From assembly GCA_964654855.1 (NCBI GenBank), contig CAZZJS010000001.1, positions 17,772-81,771 of the forward strand: 64,000 bases of DNA, in the 5' to 3' direction. The stretch comes from an uncultured Rickettsiales bacterium (lineage in GTDB: Bacteria; Pseudomonadota; Alphaproteobacteria; Rickettsiales; JALZUV01). The notes beneath the pieces are model-generated. The model made no database searches. It was not told the origin of the DNA and was given only the letters and a program-made list of their open reading frames with translations. Positions 1 through 8,487 of the stretch are shown here, in pieces (position 1 is the first letter of the stretch; every line of letters starts with the position of its first letter). Position numbers and translations under genes: made by a program.

Positions 1-4
1 TGGG

Positions 5-478
5 CTAGGAGCAGTTGGCGCACACACCAGAAACTTCGATTGCTTCCTGACTTAGAGTAAAGCGATGTTTTCCGGCTAGCTGGTTGATAGCTGTAGCCAT
101 ATTGTTATCACAGCTTTCTTCAACGAAACCACATTCACTACAGACAAGAAGTTGACAAAGATGTTGTTCTAATGGGTGAGTGCAGCCAATGTAAGAATTT
201 TGATGATGTAACTTATGTACTAACCGGTTTTGCTGTAAAAATTCTAGCGCGCGGTAGACGGTTGGTGGTTTTGCTGAAAAATTACTGCCTTTGAGTGCTT
301 CTAGGATATCGTAAGCTTTAGCAGGTAAATGGGTTTTCCATACTAGCTCTAGTACTTTGCGACGAATCTCTGTAAATCGTAAGTTTTTATCAGCACAAAG
401 TAGCTCAGCCTTTTGGAGCGCGGTGTTTGTGCAGTGATTATGGTTAGTACAGGCTTGCATGATGTTATAAAATAACAT
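5..478 (-). CDS. zur: Zinc uptake regulator Zur (Fur family)
   Basis: The 157-aa ORF aligns by eye over its full length with enterobacterial Zur. It has the winged-helix motif KPPTVYRALEFL and Cys pairs CSECG and CANC near the C-terminus. It is divergent from a metal-type ABC operon, with a Zur-box palindrome between them. An alternative ATG at 460 (MQACT...) would put the whole palindrome upstream of the CDS. Confidence 0.85.
   Translation of the reverse strand: MLFYNIMQACTNHNHCTNTALQKAELLCADKNLRFTEIRRKVLELVWKTHLPAKAYDILEALKGSNFSAKPPTVYRALEFLQQNRLVHKLHHQNSYIGCTHPLEQHLCQLLVCSECGFVEESCDNNMATAINQLAGKHRFTLSQEAIEVSGVCANCS
462..478. promoter_or_regulatory. Candidate Zur box in the zur / ABC-operon divergent control region
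   Basis: Perfect 7-3-7 inverted repeat ATGTTAT-AAA-ATAACAT, matching the GTTAT/ATAAC core of proteobacterial Zur operators. It lies between the divergent zur gene and the ABC ATPase start (513) and abuts a CATAAT -10-like hexamer at 476-481. Confidence 0.6.
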
Positions 479-512
479 AATTTCTACTGCAAGCGCAATG
501 AGGAATTAGCAT

Positions 513-1154
513 ATGCTTGAAGTCGATAGTATCAGCTATACAATCGCAGGAAAGGCTATTCTGGGTTCAGTGTCTTTTTCTCTGAAGGAGGGTGAAACAG
601 CTCTAATATTAGGGGCCTCTGGTACTGGTAAAACGACTATGCTTGCCATTATTGCTGGGCTGCTAAAACCTAGCTCTGGTGAAGTGCATTATGCAAAGCA
701 GTCATTACATGAGTTGAGTGATGTCGAGCTTGATAAGTTTCGTGGCCAAAATTTAGGTATCATTTTTCAGAACCACCACCTCATCAAACCGCTTACGGTT
801 TTGCAAAATTTAAAACTAGGTTTGAGTTTTAATGATAAAAAAGTTGAAGAGAAAAAAATCCTGGAAACGCTTGAAAGGCTTAATCTTTCGTCCAAAGCTC
901 ATCAGAAGGCGGCAACCTTGAGTATGGGGGAAGCACAGCGCTTGGCTGTTGCGCGAGCCATCATCGGTCAACCAAAATGGGTTCTATGTGACGAACCAAC
1001 CTCTGCGCTAGATGATGCCAACGCGAAGGTAACGTTAGACTTACTACAAAGTGAAGCAAAAGCCTGTGATGCTGGGCTTATCATTGTGACCCATGATATC
1101 CGTGTAGAATCTCATTTTTCTGCCAAGAAGATTATCGAACTGGAGGCCGCATAA
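513..1154 (+). CDS. ABC transporter ATP-binding protein (MacB/LolD-like)
   Basis: Walker A GASGTGKTT, signature LSMGEAQR and Walker B VLCDEPTSALD. GAGGAA lies upstream of the ATG. The stop overlaps the next start (TAATG at 1152-1156). Confidence 0.9.
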   Translation: MLEVDSISYTIAGKAILGSVSFSLKEGETALILGASGTGKTTMLAIIAGLLKPSSGEVHYAKQSLHELSDVELDKFRGQNLGIIFQNHHLIKPLTVLQNLKLGLSFNDKKVEEKKILETLERLNLSSKAHQKAATLSMGEAQRLAVARAIIGQPKWVLCDEPTSALDDANAKVTLDLLQSEAKACDAGLIIVTHDIRVESHFSAKKIIELEAA

Positions 1155-2446
1155 TGAAGCTATCCTCGCTCGCATTAGCTTATTTGAAAGATAAGCCCTC
1201 TAGTAGTTTTTTACATATCCTGCTGATGGGACTAGGCATGATGTTGATAACGGCATTATTGCTTATTGGACATCAGTTGGAGCAAAGGCTTTATCGTGAC
1301 TCAGCGGGTATTGATTTGGTCGTCGGAGCGAAGGGTAGTCCTCTGCAGCTCATTCTTTCCAGTGTGCAGCATGTCGATATTCCCACAGGAAATATTTCGC
1401 TTGAGCAAGCACGTAAGATTCAACAACATAAACATATTAAGCGAGCAATCCCAATCGCTCTGGGGGATAGCTATAGAGGCTATCGCATTGTTGGGACTGA
1501 GCCACCTTATTTAGATCACTACAATGCAGAGCTGGCAGAAGGTAATCTGTGGGAAACGAGTATGCAGGCTGTTTTAGGCAGTCAAGTTGCTGTAAAGCTA
1601 GGCTTAAAAATAGGTGATACATTCTCTGGTAGTCACGGATTGATAGAAGGTGGTCATGCCCATGATGCACATCCATACCATGTTGTTGGTATCATCAATA
1701 AGACTGGTACGGTGTTAGATAGATTGATTGTTACTTCGCTGGAGAGCGTGTGGGATTTGCATAGAGAGGAAACGCGTAAGCCTAACAAGAAAAAGGACTC
1801 GCATGACCATGAGCATCATCACAACCATCATAGTCACGATGACCACCAAGATGTCCATGATGAGCGTAGGCATAACGAACGTGCTCACGCAGAAAAAAAA
1901 CGAGAAGTAACGGCCCTGATCGTATCCTATCGCAATCGTTCTGCCGTAATGAGTTTTCCTCGTTTTGTGAATCAGCAAACATCGATGCAAGCGGCTAGCC
2001 CCGCTTTTGAAATGGCCCGGTTGGTTGAGCTTGTGGGCTTTGGTAGTGATACATTGCTGCTATTTGGTGTGTTGTTAGTTGTCGTTTCTCTCATCAGCGT
2101 TTTTATCGCTTTGTTGAACTCTATCCGTGAACGGCGTTATGACTTGGCGGTCTTTCGTACCCTAGGTGCTTCTCACAACACACTCTTCAAATTGGTGTTA
2201 ATTGAAGGTTTGTTCATTGCTTTAATTGGTAGTTTGGTCGGACTCATCACCGGCCATATAATTGTTGAGATTATCGGTATAGCAACTGCCAAAGGTCAAG
2301 AGATGGGGTTAACTGGCTTGCTCTTTTTACCTTCCTTATTATGGCTATGGCTAGGTGTAATAATTGTTTCGGTATTCGCCTGTTTTATCCCCGCATGGCA
2401 TGCTAGTAAGGCAGAAATTTATACGCTCTTACGTGAATTGAGCTAA
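1154..2446 (+). CDS. ABC transporter permease, FtsX/MacB type, with His-rich periplasmic insert
   Basis: It has one N-terminal TM segment, a large extracytoplasmic domain and three C-terminal TM segments, which is the FtsX-like topology. It is translationally coupled to the ATPase. The insert HREETRKPNKKKDSHDHEHHHNHHSHDDHQDVHDERRHNERAH lies in the extracytoplasmic domain. Confidence 0.85.
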   Translation: MKLSSLALAYLKDKPSSSFLHILLMGLGMMLITALLLIGHQLEQRLYRDSAGIDLVVGAKGSPLQLILSSVQHVDIPTGNISLEQARKIQQHKHIKRAIPIALGDSYRGYRIVGTEPPYLDHYNAELAEGNLWETSMQAVLGSQVAVKLGLKIGDTFSGSHGLIEGGHAHDAHPYHVVGIINKTGTVLDRLIVTSLESVWDLHREETRKPNKKKDSHDHEHHHNHHSHDDHQDVHDERRHNERAHAEKKREVTALIVSYRNRSAVMSFPRFVNQQTSMQAASPAFEMARLVELVGFGSDTLLLFGVLLVVVSLISVFIALLNSIRERRYDLAVFRTLGASHNTLFKLVLIEGLFIALIGSLVGLITGHIIVEIIGIATAKGQEMGLTGLLFLPSLLWLWLGVIIVSVFACFIPAWHASKAEIYTLLRELS

Positions 2447-2451
2447 ATACG

Positions 2452-2937
2452 ATGTCGAAAAAAATACCCTGGAAAGAGGAATTAACTACTTTTTTAATTA
2501 TTCTGCCATTCATCTTCGGTAGTGTATATATTTACAAGCGCTACATTAATCCACCACTGGAAGTGACGTACGAGAACGCATTACCTTGGAGCGTACTAGA
2601 GGAATCTTTCTCAGCTCTTAATGGTAGAGAGTTTCTTTATGGTGATATACTTTCTCAGTTAAAGGAAATGGAGCAAAAAACGGTAGCCATTTATGGGTAT
2701 ATGTATCCTATCAAAATGGCTGAGAAGCATGACCATTTTTTACTGAGTAAGCAACCGCATGTATGTCAGTTTCACTTGCCCGCTCATTCTGGCAATATGG
2801 TGGAAATTATAATGCAAGATGAAGGTATACCGTATCGTCGCCAACCAGTCCTATTGACTGGTGTGTTCTCCATCCCGAACGATAAAGAATTAGGGATTAC
2901 TTTTCGCTTGAAAGAAGTAGAATTTATTGATGACTAA
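2452..2937 (+). CDS. DUF3299-like membrane-anchored periplasmic protein
   Basis: N-terminal TM anchor. The motif VAIYGYMYPIKMAEKHDHFLLSKQPHVCQFHLPAH matches the DUF3299 pattern (G-Y/F-M-x-P ... F-L-L ... C-x-H). Confidence 0.6.
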   Translation: MSKKIPWKEELTTFLIILPFIFGSVYIYKRYINPPLEVTYENALPWSVLEESFSALNGREFLYGDILSQLKEMEQKTVAIYGYMYPIKMAEKHDHFLLSKQPHVCQFHLPAHSGNMVEIIMQDEGIPYRRQPVLLTGVFSIPNDKELGITFRLKEVEFIDD

Positions 2938-3469
2938 ATATCTGCTCACATTAGCCATTATCATTGCTGCTGGTTATGCTTACTTTAATGCTTCCCCAGT
3001 AGGGAGCTTTTCTCAAGAACCGATGCCTGAGGCGCTACTGGAAGATATTGGGGAAATGCAAGAAGAGTGGAAACCATTAAAAGTTTCCGGCGATGCTATC
3101 CCATGGGAATTGTTTGCCACGACGAAAGAGGATGAATCCTGCGTGGTGGGAGATGAAGGTTATGATATTTGCCTTGTAAAGCCAGAGTATAGCGATGCGG
3201 TTAAAAAGCTGAACGGCATAGAAGTTACTTTGATGGGGTATATGTTTCCATTAGAGCAATCTGAGAGTCAGAAGAATTTTCTTGTGGGGCCTTACCCTCT
3301 TAGTTGTCCATTCCACTACCATGTTGGTCCTACGCAAATGGTAGAGGTATTTGCAGATGAACATATAGAGTTTAGTTACGAGCCTATAACCCTCAAGGGC
3401 GTTTTAGAGTTAAAGTTTAATGAGGAAACTGGAGTATTTTATTATTTGAGGCGTGGCAGTAAAGTTTAG
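2927..3469 (+). CDS. DUF3299-like membrane-anchored periplasmic protein (paralogue)
   Basis: Same architecture as the preceding gene (VTLMGYMFPLEQSESQKNFLVGPYPLSCPFHYHVGP). It overlaps the preceding gene by 11 nt. Confidence 0.6.
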   Translation: MMTKYLLTLAIIIAAGYAYFNASPVGSFSQEPMPEALLEDIGEMQEEWKPLKVSGDAIPWELFATTKEDESCVVGDEGYDICLVKPEYSDAVKKLNGIEVTLMGYMFPLEQSESQKNFLVGPYPLSCPFHYHVGPTQMVEVFADEHIEFSYEPITLKGVLELKFNEETGVFYYLRRGSKV

Positions 3470-3703
3470 TTGCGGGCATTTCTATGTATTTTGGCTTTTA
3501 TCAGGGAATTCAAATCAGAGAACTTTGCTTGTAGTACTCACAGCACCGCCACTGTTTCCTTAGTTTCCAACACCTTTAGAGAACCTATCGCCACAGGCGC
3601 CTTGTGTGCGGCGCTGAGCGATGATGTTATGATAGATATTGAATATCCTGAAAAAAGCTTCCTACTTCATCAAAACGTAACATGAAAATGTTAGTGTGAG
3701 AGC

Positions 3704-6250
3704 GTGGAAGAGCCAGAAAAACCAAAGAAAACCATATTAAAGCGCTTGCGGGACTCATCAAGCAAGGCGATTGCGATGATTCAAATTCCTCTGCAGTTAG
3801 GAATTCTTTCACCTAAAACTGCCTCTACAGCTTCTTCGACAGCCGACTTATTTCCGGAAGGAATTACGCAAGTCGATGATAGGCCGACCCGTGCTGATAG
3901 CACCGACATAAAGGAAGAATTCACTTCCGCTGCTCTGTCTGAGAAATCAAAAAAGATAAACAAAAAGATGCTTAAAGAAGGTCTCTCACTCGAAAAGTCC
4001 TCTCCTGGTGGCTATGTTTATATTGATTATAACCTCAACGACCTTGCTTTGCAGAAGAAACTAACAGGTGAAGCGCAAACCCACGATATTGATAGCCTTA
4101 TTGCTGGGCAGGAAAAGGTGTTTAACTTAAGTGAAATGGCCGCCAATGGTGAGAGTGTTACGTTAAGCAGAAAAGACGTAAGAGCCTTAAACAAGGCAGG
4201 TATTGGCTTAAATTACACATGGTATGCTGACGATCCGCATCAAGCGGACCAGGATATTATCGTCGATAATTTGAAAGGCTTTATCGCGGTTGATGGCAAG
4301 AAAGTTTTAACATGGCGTGCTAGCGGGCGTAGTGGTCCTAAAATATATGGTATGCCAACTGTCGAAGGCGAATTACGCACTGATTACCATGTTCCGCTAA
4401 GCCGTCATGCGGTAAAAGCGGATGGAATTAATAATATGGATTTCCGCAATGCCGAAGGTTTAACGGAATATTTGCGCGGGCATCATGCCATCCCTCCAGC
4501 AGGGCAACGTGTATGGGATCTTGAAAATTTCCCGAAACCGGCCAATGATTTGCGTGATATTTCCAACTTCACTCGCCAGCAAGAGTCTCGCAAATTGCTA
4601 TTGAACATGATGCGCTTTCAGCCTGAACTACCTGATGGGCATGAATATAATTTAGATAATAATTTACGCCTAATAAAGATTAGTAAGCTAGAAAGTAATC
4701 CCCCTCTACAAATTGGACCAGACCCTCATATTTATTCTTTCTACAAGAGTGAGGGTGAGAAGAGTTATCTTAAACGCCGTAAAACCGTAGATGGCCTAGA
4801 CACATTAACTTACAAAACAGGAAGTCATGGTGGAATGGCCCAGTTTAAGGTCAATAAACCTATGAAAACTGCCATTGCGGGTACTCCTTTTGTCAATAAA
4901 GAAACAGGTGAATGGACTGGGTATAAAGTGAATGGAAAAGCCATTAATAGCGCCGAAGATTTCTTAAACTCTCCTCTAGCACAAAATTATGCGCTGTTTT
5001 ATACGCAAGAAAAATATAGCAGAATAAAGCGCACAAGGGGCTCGGAGAGGGATCCGGCAGGCATTGCAGGTGTAAGTCATCTGCTTGGCTCACCCGTTGC
5101 AAGAGAAGGAGATTATTATTCAAAAAAAGACGGCAATGGAACAAAGGGAATTAAATATTACGATGCACTAAAAGGTTATCCATACCAATCATTCCCTAAG
5201 AGCCTTCGCTTGAAAAAGGATTCACTGCTTGATAATGGCATTAATCCCGAACTCGTCAAAATCACAGCTGAAGGTCAAGCTAAACTTGATGAAGAATACC
5301 GCCTAGCTTACGAGAAGACACATCCTGTTAAAACACCCCAGAATGAAAAAAATACGAATGATGTTAGTGAAGAAGGTGCAAATCAAACTGCCGCCGAAGC
5401 TGAGGAAATGCTAAATACTCCTATTCCTGAAAGTAACAATAACCCTCCCGTAGCGCCACCGGTGCCAGCCACGCCTGCTATCGTAAAGCGTCGAGCGCGT
5501 AATAAAACGGAAGAAGTAGCAGAACCACCTTACAGTGAAGAAGATTACTATGCAGGTGGAGGGAATCCATCCGATAAAGTTCTGGAAGAGCTTCCTCTTC
5601 CCAATATTGAAGTTATTGAACCTTCCATCGTTGAAGAGCCGCAGCCATTTGAACCTACTGAGCAAGAGATTCTAGAACCAGAAGAAGTTTTGGAAGAAGT
5701 AATTCCCGTAGAACTTGTCAATGAAGTTAAGAAGGAACCGATAGCGCTTCCTGAGACTATCGCCGCGAACATTACTGTCGATGTAATAGCTACTCCTACA
5801 GAAGATACTGCTGAGCCTTCCATTGCTAATGCTGATAAGCCTAATAGTTCCGTTAGTGATGAGAAGAAAGCTTCAGAACTTCCAAATAAGTCAAAAAATG
5901 AAGAGGTGGTGCGACCGAAAGAATCAAAATCTAATAAAAGTAGCACGAAGGCAAAAAAACATAAAAAGGCCGATGCTGAGCGTGCCGTTCAAGAGAGCAA
6001 GATGAGCTTTTCCTCTTCTGCCGTTGCACTGGGAAGTTTGCTTTCCATTCCGGTTGCGGTGAAATCATTCTTTCTTGGTCAGAAAGACCCTGAAACACAA
6101 AAGCGCGAGAAACCATCAATGCTAAAATTGCTTGCTGGAGCGACTTTGGTTGGCTTAGCAGGGGTAGCCTTTCACCAATCAGGAGCCACGAGTTGGATTG
6201 CGAATGAATTAAAACGGCGTTCTGGTGGTTCTCAAGGGTTAGACCGCTAA
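3704..6250 (+). CDS. Hypothetical 848-aa protein with acidic Pro/Glu-rich and Lys-rich regions and a C-terminal hydrophobic hairpin
   Basis: Long uninterrupted ORF. The start given in the track is GTG at 3704; the first ATG is at 3776. I recognise no catalytic motif. Two hydrophobic segments lie near the C-terminus (AVALGSLLSIPVAVKSFFLG and LLAGATLVGLAGVAF). Confidence 0.7.
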   Translation: MEEPEKPKKTILKRLRDSSSKAIAMIQIPLQLGILSPKTASTASSTADLFPEGITQVDDRPTRADSTDIKEEFTSAALSEKSKKINKKMLKEGLSLEKSSPGGYVYIDYNLNDLALQKKLTGEAQTHDIDSLIAGQEKVFNLSEMAANGESVTLSRKDVRALNKAGIGLNYTWYADDPHQADQDIIVDNLKGFIAVDGKKVLTWRASGRSGPKIYGMPTVEGELRTDYHVPLSRHAVKADGINNMDFRNAEGLTEYLRGHHAIPPAGQRVWDLENFPKPANDLRDISNFTRQQESRKLLLNMMRFQPELPDGHEYNLDNNLRLIKISKLESNPPLQIGPDPHIYSFYKSEGEKSYLKRRKTVDGLDTLTYKTGSHGGMAQFKVNKPMKTAIAGTPFVNKETGEWTGYKVNGKAINSAEDFLNSPLAQNYALFYTQEKYSRIKRTRGSERDPAGIAGVSHLLGSPVAREGDYYSKKDGNGTKGIKYYDALKGYPYQSFPKSLRLKKDSLLDNGINPELVKITAEGQAKLDEEYRLAYEKTHPVKTPQNEKNTNDVSEEGANQTAAEAEEMLNTPIPESNNNPPVAPPVPATPAIVKRRARNKTEEVAEPPYSEEDYYAGGGNPSDKVLEELPLPNIEVIEPSIVEEPQPFEPTEQEILEPEEVLEEVIPVELVNEVKKEPIALPETIAANITVDVIATPTEDTAEPSIANADKPNSSVSDEKKASELPNKSKNEEVVRPKESKSNKSSTKAKKHKKADAERAVQESKMSFSSSAVALGSLLSIPVAVKSFFLGQKDPETQKREKPSMLKLLAGATLVGLAGVAFHQSGATSWIANELKRRSGGSQGLDR

Positions 6251-6325
6251 TTTAAAATAGTTGAACGAAATTGTCACAAAAGATTAACATTGGTTCGGGA
6301 AGCTCATGCTATGGTTAAAGTTCTG

Positions 6326-6387
6326 TGTCGCTCGTTTTGTGCAGGGTATACGTGCCCAAAACCGGCGACATGCCAATAGTTTTTTTT
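6326..6387 (+). terminator. Candidate terminator or structured RNA downstream of 3704-6250
   Basis: Long imperfect hairpin: TGTCGC..GTTTTG pairs with CAAAAC..GCGACA, with about 15 paired positions and loop GGGTATAC. A T8 run follows at 6380-6387, but it starts 10 nt after the stem. Confidence 0.35.
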
Positions 6388-6574
6388 GATATTTATACCA
6401 TATTATCGGTATTGATCTAAACCCTTCGCTCTTGAATGAGATCAGGGTCATTTCAAATCGAAAACATTGTAAAAACGAAAGTTTTTAGATTGTAGTCGTA
6501 TGGTTAAAGATAAAGCCTCTTTTGAGGCGATGTATTGAATTTTATTTACTTCATCTTTTAAACCTTCAATAAAT

Positions 6575-7711
6575 ATGAAAAGGTTAGTTTTTATCGCGCT
6601 TACAGCGCTTTTGGCTTTAGGTTTTCTTTCTTCGTGTAACTCTGACAAAGGAATAGGTACTTATTCCACACGAGTTTCATCAAAAGTTATGCCAACCGGC
6701 ACTTCGACTTTTGCGGGTCATCAGTTTTTAACCAACAATAAGGGAGAAATCCTTAAGGTTGAGACAATGACAGAGGAAGAATGGTTACAAAGCATCATTG
6801 ATGCTGAAGTAGCTAAAAAATTGCAAAAGGATTGCCCACCAAAGGCAGTTCCATGCATTACCTCAAAGCAAGATTCAATCAATCAGGAACAGTTTGTTGA
6901 AGTCGAAAGACTTAACGATAGCCTGAGACTGGAAAATGCTTATTTTCGTGGAGCTCATGAGAGAACCAACTTGCTTATTGAGCAAGGATGGGGACCTCAG
7001 CAAAATTGCAACGACTGTTGTGAAGATGAACCCGTAGTTATTATTAATAATAATTGCTGTTCACCTTGTCCACAACAACCTTGTGAACCATGTAAGGAAG
7101 AAGTGAGGAAACAAGATCCTTGCGAAGAACCATCCAACCAAAATCAAGAAAGAAGAGGCAACTCTGAAAAACTTGAAGGAGGAGGAAGTTCTGACGATTG
7201 CGAGGAAGGTAGCAATCAGCCAAAAGAACAATTGGTTGATGAAAGCCAAAATGGTGAGAAAGAAGAGTTGAAACCTACACTTCGCCGAATAAAGCCGGAA
7301 AGTGTAAGATTTGGTGCTAGATCGAACGGAACGTCTTTTACGTTGAATTATCCAAATGGAGGAATTCAATATGATAATATCCGTCGATCAGAGTCTGATT
7401 ATCACCGTTTCGTTGCTTACAAGGCTTCAGGTAGTTCAGATATGCGTTGGCATAAAGGGCTTGCATTTAGCACCAGAAACAACCTCTCTGTTGGCCCATA
7501 CTTTGGGAGCAAACAGAGATTGAATGACTGGTTTGATTTGAATGTTGGTTTAAATCCAATGTTCAGAGCCGCAGGTGTGGGCTCTAACTTCCAATTCAAC
7601 GGTAACTTGGGGGTGGACTTCAAGTTATTCGACGACGCTACCTTTGGTGCTGATGTCGGAGTATTGGACGGTGTGGGCTACTATGGAGGCAGTTTGAATG
7701 TTAAATTATAA
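6575..7711 (+). CDS. Lipoprotein with a Cys/Pro-rich central cluster
   Basis: Signal peptide with lipobox (LGFLSS-C21). There are ten Cys between residues 145 and 209 (CNDCCEDE...NNNCCSPCPQQPCEPC...DPC...DDC). The C-terminal third is Gly/aromatic-rich and looks beta-rich. Confidence 0.75.
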   Translation: MKRLVFIALTALLALGFLSSCNSDKGIGTYSTRVSSKVMPTGTSTFAGHQFLTNNKGEILKVETMTEEEWLQSIIDAEVAKKLQKDCPPKAVPCITSKQDSINQEQFVEVERLNDSLRLENAYFRGAHERTNLLIEQGWGPQQNCNDCCEDEPVVIINNNCCSPCPQQPCEPCKEEVRKQDPCEEPSNQNQERRGNSEKLEGGGSSDDCEEGSNQPKEQLVDESQNGEKEELKPTLRRIKPESVRFGARSNGTSFTLNYPNGGIQYDNIRRSESDYHRFVAYKASGSSDMRWHKGLAFSTRNNLSVGPYFGSKQRLNDWFDLNVGLNPMFRAAGVGSNFQFNGNLGVDFKLFDDATFGADVGVLDGVGYYGGSLNVKL

Positions 7712-7750
7712 CATTCAGTCTTCATGGCGTTTCTTACTGCTTTTCATTGT

Positions 7751-7787
7751 AAAAAAGGTTCTTCTCTGTTGAGAGGGGCCTTTTTTT
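7751..7787. terminator. Bidirectional rho-independent terminator
   Basis: AAAAAA, then stem AGGTTCTTCTC, loop TGTT, stem GAGAGGGGCCT (11 bp including 3 G-U pairs), then TTTTTTT. It sits between the convergent genes 6575-7711 (+) and 7819-8487 (-). Confidence 0.7.
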
Positions 7788-7818
7788 ATTCTTATTTTCT
7801 TACTGCTTAATAGATTGT

Positions 7819-8487
7819 TTAGTTGATTGCTTTATAAGCTATTTCAGAGTGATGGTCTTGAATATGTAGTTGAGTAATGCTTTGTGTTGCGCTGTAGGAG
7901 CGTGTCATCATAGGTGCGGACTCTGGTGTGGGTTCTTGAGTGTGGTGGAAGTTGGGTAAGCTTTCTCCCGTGCCGCCCGCTTTTATATATTCATCGAATA
8001 AGGTGGTGCGTTGCTGGATGACTTCCTTCTGGTTCCAAGAAGAGGAGGTGAGGAAAAAGGCTCTATTATCTACCTCAGCATGAAAATCACTTGGCTTATA
8101 GTCGTGTCCATTCCAAACCCAAAGGCAATGTTCGGATGGGGAGCCTACCACCAACCGGAAGCTCGCATAATCGACTGCATTTATTGTTTCAGCACTGGCC
8201 ATAGGGTTCGCTTGAGCGAGTAGTTCGGTTAGAATAAGTCCTCGGCTTTTGCGCGGCGGCGGCATATTTTTATCATCGAAATAGCCGTTAAGCAAACAAC
8301 CCCAATAGCCTTTATCGTTAAAGGCTATCCATGTGCCGCCACTGGGCGGATCAAGTGGGCCATGAACCTTGTTATTTGCTTCAAGTAGTTGTGGAGGCTT
8401 CGCCTTAGCGCGCTCATGACGTTCATCACGATTCATATAGATATGATAGCCACCGGCTGGCGGCCGAAAGAGCGATAACGTACACAT
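7819..8487 (-). CDS. NRDE family protein (TANGO2-like)
   Basis: N-terminus MCTLSLF...YMNRDERHER carries the family-defining Cys2 and NRDE motif. Confidence 0.8.
   Translation of the reverse strand: MCTLSLFRPPAGGYHIYMNRDERHERAKAKPPQLLEANNKVHGPLDPPSGGTWIAFNDKGYWGCLLNGYFDDKNMPPPRKSRGLILTELLAQANPMASAETINAVDYASFRLVVGSPSEHCLWVWNGHDYKPSDFHAEVDNRAFFLTSSSWNQKEVIQQRTTLFDEYIKAGGTGESLPNFHHTQEPTPESAPMMTRSYSATQSITQLHIQDHHSEIAYKAIN

Noticed and set aside
1715-1990. Several 60-91 aa ORFs on both strands overlapping the His-rich region of the permease gene.
   Set aside because: They lie fully inside a well-supported CDS with ABC-permease architecture. The low-complexity CAT/CAC-rich DNA generates open frames by chance.
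3470-3685. 71-aa ORF (TTG start) in the gap between the second DUF3299 gene and the 848-aa gene, plus a 5-bp GC hairpin at 3597-3614.
   Set aside because: It has no ATG, no Shine-Dalgarno sequence and no recognisable motif. The hairpin is short and has no T-run, so it is not convincing as a terminator.
6370-6400. Fur/Zur-like operator upstream of the lipoprotein gene (ATACCATATTATCGGTAT, containing an ATTATC hexamer).
   Set aside because: It has only 5-bp arms with an 8-nt spacer and one good hexamer. It does not resemble the GTTAT/ATAAC Zur core seen at 462-478 or a 19-bp Fur box.
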